Assembly (NCBI GenBank): GCA_002421785.1
Contig: DIRZ01000003.1
Location: forward strand, 280,700-312,699
DNA length: 32,000 nt
Direction: 5' to 3'
DNA from: Candidatus Saccharimonadota bacterium
GTDB taxonomy: Bacteria > Patescibacteriota > Saccharimonadia > Saccharimonadales > Saccharimonadaceae
The translations under genes and the position numbers were made by a program. The notes beneath the pieces are model-generated. The model was not told the origin of the DNA and ran no database searches. It saw only the letters and a program-made list of their open reading frames with translations. How positions within the stretch are numbered: position 1 is the first letter of the stretch; the number at the start of each line of letters is the position of its first letter. Below are positions 17,156 to 25,510 of the stretch, one piece after another.

Positions 17156-17558
17156 CCCCTGCGATCATTGCCCCAACAAGTTCGCGCGGGAAGCGACACG
17201 CGGCGGGCTTGAAAAAGCAGAGGCGAGAGTCGAGGAAATCGAGCAACAACTCGCTTCGCTTCGCGGACTCAGCCGTGCCGTCGCCCAGAAGCGCGCACGA
17301 CTGAAAGAAGACCTTTCTTATCAGCAAGCGGTAATACGCGTTGCTACCAAGCGCTTCACGCCACGCGAGCTTACACTCACCGATATTGACACATGCGAAG
17401 GCGCATATACGCGAGTGCAGCCGTACGTACTCACCAACGAAATGGGCGTCGACGAAGCTGACCCCGAGCACGTCTGGATTGAGAATGTATGCGGCGCCGG
17501 CCCCCAGCATGATCGAAGCCCTATTCACTGGGGCTCGGTATCACCTATTAGCGAATAA
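17148..17558 (+). CDS. Hypothetical 136-aa protein with N-terminal CxxC and a coiled-coil segment
   Basis: ATG 17148 overlaps the upstream stop by 8 nt. N-terminus MNSPCDHCPNKF, then the heptad-like stretch LEKAEARVEEIEQQLASLRGL. The 3' end overlaps the mnmA stop by 11 nt. Confidence 0.45.
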   Translation: MNSPCDHCPNKFAREATRGGLEKAEARVEEIEQQLASLRGLSRAVAQKRARLKEDLSYQQAVIRVATKRFTPRELTLTDIDTCEGAYTRVQPYVLTNEMGVDEADPEHVWIENVCGAGPQHDRSPIHWGSVSPISE

Positions 17559-18588
17559 TACCACCACCAAGGCATTCATCATCACTCGCATACACGACGA
17601 TCGACTGACCTGCAGCCACAGCACGCTGAGGCTCAGAAAGTCGCACCAGAACGCCCTGCTCATCGTACACAAGCGCGGCCGACACCAGTGGCGCGCGGTG
17701 CCGTACCCGTATCCGATACTCCCCATCATCAGGGGCATCATTTATCCAATGCGGATCGCTAAGCCGAAATTCCTTTTGCCACATAGCCTCGTCCTGAAGT
17801 TGCGTACTGGCGTAGACTTCATTTTTTTCCATATCTTTGCCCACGACGTAGTACGGCAATCCGCCGCCAATATCTAACCCGTGTCGCTGGCCAAGTGTGT
17901 AAAAAATTGCTCCGTCATGCCGTCCCAATACTTTGCCCGTTTGAGCATCGATAACATCGCCTGGCTTCGTTGTCACGTATTCACCCAGGAACTCCCGCAT
18001 ACCTACAGCGCCGACAAAACACACCCCCATGCTTTCTTTTTTTGTCGCCGTCCATAGGCCGCGCGCTTTCGCCATATCGCGCACCTCTGATTTCGCATAT
18101 TCACCCAGCGGAAAAATCACACGACGAAGCGCCTCGCCCGTCACCCGATATAAAAAGTACGTCTGATCTTTATTATCATCCGCGGCAAGTTTTAGCTTTC
18201 CCTCAGTCACCCGGGCATAGTGCCCCGTGGCAATCATATCAGCGCCATCAGCTAACGCGGTTTCAAGGAACAATTTGAACTTCACTTCTTGATTGCACAT
18301 GATATCAGGATTGGGAGTGCGCCCTGCCTTGTACTCATCAACCATGTAGTCGACGACCTTTTGTTTGTACTCTGCTTCAAAATCAAACACTTTAAAATCG
18401 ATTCCCAGTTGGACCGCCACGCGTTTGGCATCGGCCAAATCATCTGCCCATGGGCATTTCATGCCGGGTAGGTCCTGGCTCCAGTTTTTCATGTACACGC
18501 CCGTAACATCATAGCCCTGCTCAACAAGCAGCGCTGCCGCCAGCGAACTATCAACCCCACCGCTCATTCCTACATATACGCGCGTCAT
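17548..18588 (-). CDS. mnmA: tRNA-specific 2-thiouridylase MnmA
   Basis: PP-loop VGMSGGVDSS, followed by NPDIMCN and TGHYAR. I chose the start MTRVYVG at 18588, inside an ATGA overlap with the upstream gene. Confidence 0.93.
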   Translation of the reverse strand: MTRVYVGMSGGVDSSLAAALLVEQGYDVTGVYMKNWSQDLPGMKCPWADDLADAKRVAVQLGIDFKVFDFEAEYKQKVVDYMVDEYKAGRTPNPDIMCNQEVKFKLFLETALADGADMIATGHYARVTEGKLKLAADDNKDQTYFLYRVTGEALRRVIFPLGEYAKSEVRDMAKARGLWTATKKESMGVCFVGAVGMREFLGEYVTTKPGDVIDAQTGKVLGRHDGAIFYTLGQRHGLDIGGGLPYYVVGKDMEKNEVYASTQLQDEAMWQKEFRLSDPHWINDAPDDGEYRIRVRHRAPLVSAALVYDEQGVLVRLSEPQRAVAAGQSIVVYASDDECLGGGIIR

Positions 18589-19202
18589 TGCCCGGCCGTG
18601 CTGCCCGTTGAAAGAATGAGTGATCGTACAAGTTCGGGAAGGGCAAGCGACCAGCCGGATGGCGTTAACCACCATACACGAGACCACTGCTTATCAGTTT
18701 CAACCGGATGCGCGCGCACCTCTACGCCGAGCGCGCGACGATCAAACTCAAGCAAGGCCCGGCGTTGGTGATACGCGGACGTCACAAGAATGGCCGACGT
18801 AATGCTATGCTCCTTAAAGAGCGATATAGTTTCTGTTGCATTCTCCGTCGTCGTTTCGCTTGTTTCTTCTACTAAAATGACATTCGGATCAATACCGGCG
18901 TCAATCGCTTGCTGTTTCATGACCGCAGCATTGCTGGGACCGGTCTTGTCGGCAGCGGCACCGGAAAACACAAGTATTGCCGCCCAGCCGTTTTTATATA
19001 ATTTTATTGCTTCATTTGCGCGAGCCGTGGTATCGCCACCACTTACAGCAACGATTGCATCAGCCCTTCCGCAACCCGCCTCTGCCGACGGCAGAAGGTC
19101 TTTGCACTTTGCCAGATTGTCTGGAGCCAGGTACGCACCAATCGCCCACGTGAGAAACGCGAATCCCACGACCACAATAACGATGCCCTTTATAAATTTC
19201 AC
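18585..19202 (-). CDS. DUF218 / YdcF-SanA-ElyC family membrane-anchored protein
   Basis: 205 aa. N-terminal TM IVIVVVGFAFLTWAIGAYL. DUF218 motifs AIVAVSGGD, SETTTENA and VTSAYHQRRAL. The GTG start sits in a GTGA overlap. Confidence 0.8.
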   Translation of the reverse strand: MKFIKGIVIVVVGFAFLTWAIGAYLAPDNLAKCKDLLPSAEAGCGRADAIVAVSGGDTTARANEAIKLYKNGWAAILVFSGAAADKTGPSNAAVMKQQAIDAGIDPNVILVEETSETTTENATETISLFKEHSITSAILVTSAYHQRRALLEFDRRALGVEVRAHPVETDKQWSRVWWLTPSGWSLALPELVRSLILSTGSTAGQ

Positions 19203-20350
19203 GCCACCCGCTCCATTTCATTATTAATCTCTGTCACTATTATAGCAGTCGCGTCGGTTATCGTTTGCTCGTCGTTCAGCCGACCCAGGGTAATGCGTAG
19301 ACTTCCGTCTGCAACATCAGGGGCTAACCCAATAGCCGTTAGTACATGACTCCGCGTGCCTTTATTGGCCGCACATGCACTGCCCGTCGCAACCATCACA
19401 CCACGAGCCTCAAGGCTAAATAGCACGCGCTCCGCATCGATACCAGGAAACGAAATGTGCAGATGCCCAGGCAATCGTTTTTTTTGAAGCCCCGAAACCA
19501 CTGCGTTTGGAAATGCCTCGAGCAGTGCCGTTTGCATACTGTCACGCAGGTGGGAAAGCCGCTTAGATTCAAAATTCCGATGCTCGGTTGCCAGCTCGAG
19601 GGCCGTCGCAAAGCCAATGGTTCCGGCAACGTTTTCAGTGCCGCTGCGCAGCCCACGTTCTTGGCCACCACCCACAATCGTTGGCGAAAGCTTCACGTGG
19701 TTCGCAACCCATAGCATGCCGACCTGCTTTGGACCATAGATTTTACCTGCGTTTATCGTCAGCGCGTCAACACTCAGCCGAGCGACGTGAATATCAATCT
19801 GTCCCACCCCCTGCGATGCATCGCTGTGCAAATAAATCGGCGTCGAATCACCCGCCTCGAAACGGCGCTGACGCTCATCGCGCACCACCTGCGCAATGTC
19901 ACGAAGCGGCTGAATTGTACCTAGTTCATTGTTTGCAAGCGCGATACTAACAAGCTGTGTTTCAGGACGAATCGCCTGCCTAATATCTGCGGGATCTATC
20001 ATCCCCTGCGCATTCGCTGCCACATACGTTGCATCATGCCGCTTTGCAGCCGCAAGTACCGCGTGGTGCTCAATATTAGACGTCACGATGTGCCCATCGA
20101 TGCTTGCGAACATCAGATTAATCGACTCTGTCGCGCCTGCAGTCATCACTATGTCGTCACCTTTGCCGCCGATACACACCGCCAATCGGTGTTTGGCCGC
20201 TTCGTATTCGCGCCGAACAGCCACGGCGGGAGCATAGGGACTACTTGGATTAAAAAAATTATCACTAAAATACGGCTGCATTGCCGCCAAGACTCGCTCA
20301 TCAAGCGGCGTGGCCGCTGCGTGGTCGAGATAGATGAGCTTATTTGCCAT
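19199..20350 (-). CDS. Cysteine desulfurase (class V aminotransferase, IscS/NifS type)
   Basis: 383 aa. IYLDHAAATP, TAGATESINL, HSDASQ, PLP-lysine context NAGKIYGPK, RSGTENV and the active-site loop GSACAA. Confidence 0.9.
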   Translation of the reverse strand: MANKLIYLDHAAATPLDERVLAAMQPYFSDNFFNPSSPYAPAVAVRREYEAAKHRLAVCIGGKGDDIVMTAGATESINLMFASIDGHIVTSNIEHHAVLAAAKRHDATYVAANAQGMIDPADIRQAIRPETQLVSIALANNELGTIQPLRDIAQVVRDERQRRFEAGDSTPIYLHSDASQGVGQIDIHVARLSVDALTINAGKIYGPKQVGMLWVANHVKLSPTIVGGGQERGLRSGTENVAGTIGFATALELATEHRNFESKRLSHLRDSMQTALLEAFPNAVVSGLQKKRLPGHLHISFPGIDAERVLFSLEARGVMVATGSACAANKGTRSHVLTAIGLAPDVADGSLRITLGRLNDEQTITDATAIIVTEINNEMERVA

Positions 20351-20357
20351 AAGCGTT

Positions 20358-20366
20358 ATTATACCA
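20358..20366 (-). promoter_or_regulatory. Extended -10 promoter (TGgTATAAT) for the cysteine desulfurase, embedded in the end of the upstream ORF
   Basis: The minus strand reads CTGGTATAAT-aacgctt-ATG. The TATAAT contains the upstream TAA stop, with 7 nt to ATG 20350. Confidence 0.5.
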
Positions 20367-20805
20367 GTTTCTGACCAGTAGCAGGGTCGCGACGGTACAC
20401 TTGACGCGTTACCTGCTCGTAGTATAGGCGAACCGCAAGACCGAAATTCTGTAACTCCTCGCCTTCAAGGTAGCTATAGCGCGCGCCTTCCTGCACTTTA
20501 AGTACGCCATGCTCGTTAATTTCGTAGCGCGTCGTTGCGATCTGTAGCTTGCGATTTTCGTCTATCCATTCTTCATGCCAAATCCACGTGTGATCGTCGA
20601 GACAAAAGAATTCACGGCGGTGGCCACCTGCAACAGGCCCAAATAACTTGGCACCAATTTGACTCTCAAGGTTAATAAGCTCGCGCTCCGTCAAGCCCTT
20701 AAGTGGTCGATTCTTAGGGACCCGCCACAGTTCAGTATCTGTCTCGTCACCGACGATGAGTTTCAAGGCTTTTTGCAATAGTGTCGTCATGTCATCTATC
20801 TCCAC
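20359..20805 (-). CDS. Hypothetical protein (148 aa from GTG 20805, or 143 aa from ATG 20790)
   Basis: GTG lies 2 nt after the upstream stop. Alternatively, ATG 20790 is preceded by GGAG at a 10-nt spacing. Trp/Glu-rich core HTWIWHEEWIDE. I recognise no family. Confidence 0.55.
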   Translation of the reverse strand: MEIDDMTTLLQKALKLIVGDETDTELWRVPKNRPLKGLTERELINLESQIGAKLFGPVAGGHRREFFCLDDHTWIWHEEWIDENRKLQIATTRYEINEHGVLKVQEGARYSYLEGEELQNFGLAVRLYYEQVTRQVYRRDPATGQKLV

Positions 20806-20807
20806 TA

Positions 20808-21161
20808 TTAAGCAGCACGGTCATAGCCGCTCTGCTCCATGTCTCGCCAGCGGGCAATCTGTTGTGTATAGCGAGCCATTAACGCGATATCCGTTGGGTC
20901 GTATTCAAGAACAGGCTGCTGAGCAGTTGTTTCGATAGTATCCACGATAGCTCCACCAAATTCGACACGACGTCGATCGTAATCACCAGGGTTCGCTTCG
21001 TGACGAGGCTGAGCATAATCAAGTGTTTCGCGTGTCAGTCGCTCTAGGGTAGACTGACGGAAATCAACCTGTTCTTCCTTAGTCGTAGGATCAGGGGTAA
21101 ACTCGACGGCCCCAGTGGACTGAGGGAGTCGGTACTCGTCTGGTGCAGTGGTGGTATTCAT
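20808..21161 (-). CDS. Hypothetical acidic 117-aa protein
   Basis: ATG lies 3 nt after the tatD stop, with AGGA upstream. I recognise no family. Confidence 0.5.
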   Translation of the reverse strand: MNTTTAPDEYRLPQSTGAVEFTPDPTTKEEQVDFRQSTLERLTRETLDYAQPRHEANPGDYDRRRVEFGGAIVDTIETTAQQPVLEYDPTDIALMARYTQQIARWRDMEQSGYDRAA

Positions 21162-21164
21162 GAG

Positions 21165-21923
21165 TTATATCCTAAATAAACTCCTGGCGTTGGCGGTTGT
21201 GGTGCGAAGAACGTCTTCGAGTGGCACTCCTTTGAGTGACGCCTGGGACGCCGCGACCTCTACCACATACGCTGGTAAGTTCATTTTACCACGAAATGGC
21301 TTCGGCGTCAAGAACGGCGCATCTGTTTCGAGGAGTATTTTATCCAGTGGAACGTCGCGATAAAGCGCCTGCTGGGCACTCTCTTTAGTAAAGGTGCTGA
21401 TTCCATTAATCCCAATATATAAGCCCCTCTTGAAACCTTGCTCAAGGTTCTCTTGGCTATCTGTAAAGCTGTGCATCACACCACGTATACCCGAAAAATC
21501 ATCGTAAATTGGCCAAAAATCACCAAACGCCTCACGAATATGAAAACTCACGGGCAGGTCAAACTCACGCGCGATAGACAGCTGCTCCCGAAGTGCTTGC
21601 TGTTGGACATCATGCGGACTATGGTCGTAAAAGTAATCAAGGCCAATTTCACCGATACCAACAATATGCGAACGATGATCGACAACTAGCTGGCGGATTA
21701 CGGCAGTGTTGCCATCTTTGGCTTCATGCGGGTGAATACCCACCACTGCGTAGCAATTACTATGGGTACGTGCAAACTCCACCGCCTCCGCGGAGCTCCT
21801 CGCGTCCGTCCCGACGCAAATCATCGTCACCCCAGCCTCCAGGGACTGCCGGTAGGCCTCCTCGCGATTCTCAGGGTAAAACTCACTGTCATGGAGGTGA
21901 CAGTGCGAATCAATCACGTTCAT
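21165..21923 (-). CDS. tatD: TatD-family metal-dependent hydrolase/DNase
   Basis: 252 aa. IDSHCHL at the N-terminus, GEIGLDY, SFHIRE, HSF and ETDAPFL. The ATG overlaps the metG TAA (TAATG). Confidence 0.92.
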   Translation of the reverse strand: MNVIDSHCHLHDSEFYPENREEAYRQSLEAGVTMICVGTDARSSAEAVEFARTHSNCYAVVGIHPHEAKDGNTAVIRQLVVDHRSHIVGIGEIGLDYFYDHSPHDVQQQALREQLSIAREFDLPVSFHIREAFGDFWPIYDDFSGIRGVMHSFTDSQENLEQGFKRGLYIGINGISTFTKESAQQALYRDVPLDKILLETDAPFLTPKPFRGKMNLPAYVVEVAASQASLKGVPLEDVLRTTTANARSLFRI

Positions 21924-23416
21924 TAGGCTGCCTTGGGCGCCCGAGGGTCTTGGGTATGCAAGTAAATTTTAGGAAACAGTGGCACAACGTCGCCGGGTAT
22001 AACCCCCGTTTCGAATATTCGATGAATTGCCTCTGCGGTGGTTGGCATAAAGGGAACTAATAAATCCGCAACCTGAAGCAGTGTACTCGACGCATACGCC
22101 AGAACCTCGGTAAGATGCTCGGCGGCTTCGGTGTCTTTTTCGCGTGCTTTGGCAATTTCCCATGGCTTCACATGCTCAAGGTATTGATTAAGTGCACGCA
22201 CCGTATTCCACACCTCGTCGAGCGCACGATTAAATTCAAAGTTCTGCATTGCTTCGCGGTACGGGCCCATATCATGCTCTGCTTGTGGCGCGTCGCCAAT
22301 CACCCCCGCCTGATAGCGTGTGACCATCGCGGCGACACGCTGCACGAGGTTACCTAGGTCGTTACCAAGTTCCGTGTTGTAGGCAGTTTCGAACTTCTCC
22401 CAAGTGAAGTCACCGTCATCTGTCGTCGGTATGTGGCGGCTAAAGTAATAGCGAAACGCGTCGGCGCCGTAGCCAGTAATAACGTCCATCGGTTCGACGC
22501 CGTTGCCAAGGGATTTGCTCATCTTTGCGCCGCCTACGTTCACAAACCCGTGAACAAGTAGCGTTTTTGGTAGCGACAAGCCAAGCCCCAGTAGCATTGC
22601 TGGCCAAATCCCGGCGTGAAACCTAAGGATATCTTTGCCCACAACCTGTACATCGGCTGGCCAGTATTCTTGCCACCCTTCTTTGTCGGGGTATCCAAGA
22701 ACGGTAATGTAATTACTGAGCGCATCAAGCCATACGTACATAACCTGCGTGTCATCGCCGGGCACGCTGACGCCCCAGCTCAGATTTTTGCGTGGGCGAC
22801 TAATCGATACGTCTTTTACCCCATCCTTAATGAGTTCAAGGAATTCGCGCTGGCGGAACTCCGGAACGATTTTCATGTGACCGCGGTCGATTGCTTCTTT
22901 GATTTTGTCACTAAAAGCACTTGCTTTAAAGTAATAGTTTTCTTCGCTCAGGCGCTCATAGGGCTGCTGGTGATCGGGGCAAATGCCGTTGTTTTCACCG
23001 GCTTCTTTGTCGGTCACAAAGTTTTCACAGCCCTGGCAGTACCAGCCCTCATACGATCCCTTGTAAATGTAGCCGCCCTGCTGAAGCTGCTGCCAAATGT
23101 ACTGCACCGCTCCCTTGTGATGACCGTCGGTTGTGCGAATAAAGTCGCTGTACTCGACACCAAGCGATCTAATGAGGGTTTGGAAGTTGCCATACATGCT
23201 ATCGACGTACGCCTGTGGCTCCATGCCCGTATCACGAGCTTTCGCGGCAATTTTGTTGCCATGCTCATCGGTGCCGACTTGGAACCGAACAGTTTTGCCA
23301 TTTTGTTTTTGATAACGTGACCAAATATCTGCCAACGTATAATCAAGCGCATGTCCAATGTGCGGAACACCGTTAACGTACGGGATAGCAGTAGTAATAT
23401 AAAGATTTTTTCCCAT
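21923..23416 (-). CDS. metG: Methionine--tRNA ligase (short form without the C-terminal tRNA-binding domain)
   Basis: HIGH motif PHIGHALDY, KMSKS motif AKMSKSLGN and a knuckle C..C...CPDH. I chose the start MGKNLYITT at 23416; the ORF-track extension to 23542 runs through the promoters and into the pilin gene. Confidence 0.94.
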   Translation of the reverse strand: MGKNLYITTAIPYVNGVPHIGHALDYTLADIWSRYQKQNGKTVRFQVGTDEHGNKIAAKARDTGMEPQAYVDSMYGNFQTLIRSLGVEYSDFIRTTDGHHKGAVQYIWQQLQQGGYIYKGSYEGWYCQGCENFVTDKEAGENNGICPDHQQPYERLSEENYYFKASAFSDKIKEAIDRGHMKIVPEFRQREFLELIKDGVKDVSISRPRKNLSWGVSVPGDDTQVMYVWLDALSNYITVLGYPDKEGWQEYWPADVQVVGKDILRFHAGIWPAMLLGLGLSLPKTLLVHGFVNVGGAKMSKSLGNGVEPMDVITGYGADAFRYYFSRHIPTTDDGDFTWEKFETAYNTELGNDLGNLVQRVAAMVTRYQAGVIGDAPQAEHDMGPYREAMQNFEFNRALDEVWNTVRALNQYLEHVKPWEIAKAREKDTEAAEHLTEVLAYASSTLLQVADLLVPFMPTTAEAIHRIFETGVIPGDVVPLFPKIYLHTQDPRAPKAA

Positions 23417-23423
23417 TACATCT

Positions 23424-23432
23424 AGTATACCA
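23424..23432 (-). promoter_or_regulatory. Extended -10 promoter (TGgTATACT) for metG, 7 nt from the ATG
   Basis: The minus strand reads TGGTATACT-agatgta-ATG. Confidence 0.55.
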
Positions 23433-23447
23433 GAGGTCACAGAGAAG

Positions 23448-23456
23448 TGATATACT
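23448..23456 (+). promoter_or_regulatory. Extended -10 promoter (TGaTATACT) for the pilin gene, 6 nt from the ATG
   Basis: The plus strand reads TGATATACT-gagcat-ATG 23463. Confidence 0.55.
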
Positions 23457-23462
23457 GAGCAT

Positions 23463-24008
23463 ATGAAGATAAACAGAAGCGGGTTCACCCTCGTCGAATT
23501 GACTATTGTGATTTCCGTTATCACGATTCTGGCAATCATCACTGTGACGTCCTACAGCGGCATCCAACGGCGCAGCCGTGATACAACCCGACTTGCCGAC
23601 ACCAACAACATCATCAAAGCAATCGACGTATACGAAGGCGAGACCGGAACGTTCCCCGCAACCTCTGCCAGCCCTGGCGCAAACGGTTGCACGGGCAACG
23701 GTTATAGCTATAGCTGGGCCACTGATGGCACTTGGCTTAACCCGCTCGTGACAGGCAATTTTATCAATGCTGCGCCAAAACCTCCCCAAAACAGCTGCAC
23801 TGTATGGTACGCCTACCTAAAGCCCGCTCCTACCGACTATGGATGCTCGTCGCGAACCAAACCATACTACGTACTGTGGATCAAAACAGAAGGAGCTGTT
23901 GCCGCACCTTCATTCTCGAAAACATTCACGCCCTGCGTCGGTTCGTCGGTCACATGGACCGCCAATTCAACCAACTGGATTATTGCCAGCGACAACCTGC
24001 CAAGCTAG
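23463..24008 (+). CDS. Type IV pilin / pseudopilin with prepilin-type N-terminal cleavage-methylation motif
   Basis: 181 aa. Class III signal MKINRSG|FTLVELTIVISVITILA with Glu at +5. Four Cys residues in the globular domain. TAG stop overlaps the pgeF stop (CTAG). Confidence 0.88.
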   Translation: MKINRSGFTLVELTIVISVITILAIITVTSYSGIQRRSRDTTRLADTNNIIKAIDVYEGETGTFPATSASPGANGCTGNGYSYSWATDGTWLNPLVTGNFINAAPKPPQNSCTVWYAYLKPAPTDYGCSSRTKPYYVLWIKTEGAVAAPSFSKTFTPCVGSSVTWTANSTNWIIASDNLPS

Positions 24009-24742
24009 GGCTTTATCATCGCTAAAACGGCAAATCGGCCCGTCGTGTCCCCCTGTGAATGCGAGAAGTAATCGTTATGTTCTGCCGTATTGTGGGGTGA
24101 ACTATAAATGTGCATGTCGCGCACACCCGCCTTCACAAACTGCTGCCTATTGTGTCCTTGCAAGTCAATGTATAGTCCATCTTTGCGACGGCTTACAAAC
24201 GGTTGCCATTCAGGTGTATCAGCCTGGTCAAAATAATCCATACGATAGTGCGACTGATGAATGTTCGGCGACATCCATACCAACAAATCAGCTGGGTCAC
24301 TGCCGTGCCGAGTAAATAAATCTATCGTTTTTGTAATTAACGTAGTGAGCGATGAATGCCTGCCAAGATGAAGAAGCGCGAGGCTCTGGTGTACAGGATC
24401 GTACACGACCGTCGCGACACAGTCCGCAACCGGCAGAAGTAGCCCAACGCCTGGCGTGCCGGTAAATAGCGCGTCACCGCGCACTTCACTGACATACCGT
24501 GCAGTATCAGCGTGCCCTACTTCTACTATTCGGTCATAGGTCTGGGTATCGTCGTATACAATACGCTGGAACACAACGTTACCATAGTCCACGCCCGCCT
24601 GGCTACAAAACGCCGTGCGATTTGACTGAACAGAGCCATTGTGCACGCCAACTGCACGGTCCAGCATTGTACCGTCACTTTTAGATGAAAGTGCGACAAG
24701 CACTTCGGGCGGGAAGCATATCGGTTGGTCAGACGCAATCAC
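24005..24742 (-). CDS. pgeF: YfiH/PgeF (DUF152, laccase-domain) protein
   Basis: 245 aa. Conserved Cys context LLLPVADCVATVVYDP and a later HLGRHS, with an overall YfiH-like layout. The GTG start sits in a GTGA overlap with rsmA. Confidence 0.72.
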   Translation of the reverse strand: MIASDQPICFPPEVLVALSSKSDGTMLDRAVGVHNGSVQSNRTAFCSQAGVDYGNVVFQRIVYDDTQTYDRIVEVGHADTARYVSEVRGDALFTGTPGVGLLLPVADCVATVVYDPVHQSLALLHLGRHSSLTTLITKTIDLFTRHGSDPADLLVWMSPNIHQSHYRMDYFDQADTPEWQPFVSRRKDGLYIDLQGHNRQQFVKAGVRDMHIYSSPHNTAEHNDYFSHSQGDTTGRFAVLAMIKP

Positions 24743-25509
24743 ACTGCGTCTCGCGCTAAGCGCAGCCAGTCATCAATCGAAAGGTCCTCGGCACGAAGTT
24801 CGGGATCGATATTCGCATGTCGGAGCAGCTCTTCGGCAGCAGGCTTAGTAATGGCGAGCCCAGCGCTGATGGAGCTACGCAGCTTTTTGCGCTTCGCCCG
24901 GAAGCCCGCTTTTACCACACGAAAGAGTGCTCGCTCATCTTCAGCAGGAACAAGCGGTATTGTTCGTGTTCTAAGAACAATAACCTGGGAATCAACTTTT
25001 GGGGGCGGCGTGAAGAACCGCCGTGGCACCAGAGTGCCCAACGAAGCTTCTGCATACAACTGTGCGCTCACCGCCAGTATACTCATATCGCCTGGCCGTG
25101 CGGCAATTCGCTGGGCCACTTCCTTCTGCACAAGAAGGACGGCGATCGAGGGCTTGTTATGTGAGGTCATCAAACGTTCGATGATTTTACTGGTGATGTA
25201 ATACGGCACGTTCGCCACTACTTTGTAGCCGGCAGGTAGGCCGTCGAGGTCGAACTGGAGTATATCTTCGTTAAAAACCATGAGGTCTTTACCGGGGAAT
25301 TGGCCCGGCAACTTACGAGCAAGCTCGCTGTCGTACTCAACCGCAATCACCTTGTCGGTCTGGCGCAGAATCTCGCTTGTCAGCGTCCCTAACCCAGGGC
25401 CAATTTCGAGTACTGTATCGGTAGGCGTTAACTCTGCGGCATCAGCAATTGCAGCAAGTATCGTACGATCGCGGAGCCAGTGTTGGCCAAGGGATTTGTT
25501 CGTCGGCAT
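24739..25509 (-). CDS. rsmA: 16S rRNA (adenine1518/1519-N6)-dimethyltransferase
   Basis: LGQHWL at the N-terminus, SAM motif VLEIGPGLGTLT and NVPYYITS. I chose the start MPTNKSLGQHWL at 25509, 1 nt after the upstream TAG. Confidence 0.93.
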   Translation of the reverse strand: MPTNKSLGQHWLRDRTILAAIADAAELTPTDTVLEIGPGLGTLTSEILRQTDKVIAVEYDSELARKLPGQFPGKDLMVFNEDILQFDLDGLPAGYKVVANVPYYITSKIIERLMTSHNKPSIAVLLVQKEVAQRIAARPGDMSILAVSAQLYAEASLGTLVPRRFFTPPPKVDSQVIVLRTRTIPLVPAEDERALFRVVKAGFRAKRKKLRSSISAGLAITKPAAEELLRHANIDPELRAEDLSIDDWLRLARDAV

Positions 25510-25510
25510 A

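Noticed and set aside
16901-17558. Calling the 84-aa/136-aa pair a toxin-antitoxin system.
   Set aside because: Only the size and the overlap resemble TA loci. There are no recognisable toxin folds (PIN, RelE, MazF, HicA, etc.) and no antitoxin DNA-binding motifs. It is kept as an unknown cassette.
23871-23880. Isolated DnaA-box-like (TGTGGATCA) and dif-like AT-rich strings, considered as possible origin or terminus markers.
   Set aside because: These are single imperfect matches inside coding sequence. There is no cluster of boxes, no AT-rich unwinding region, and no dnaA or dnaN nearby.
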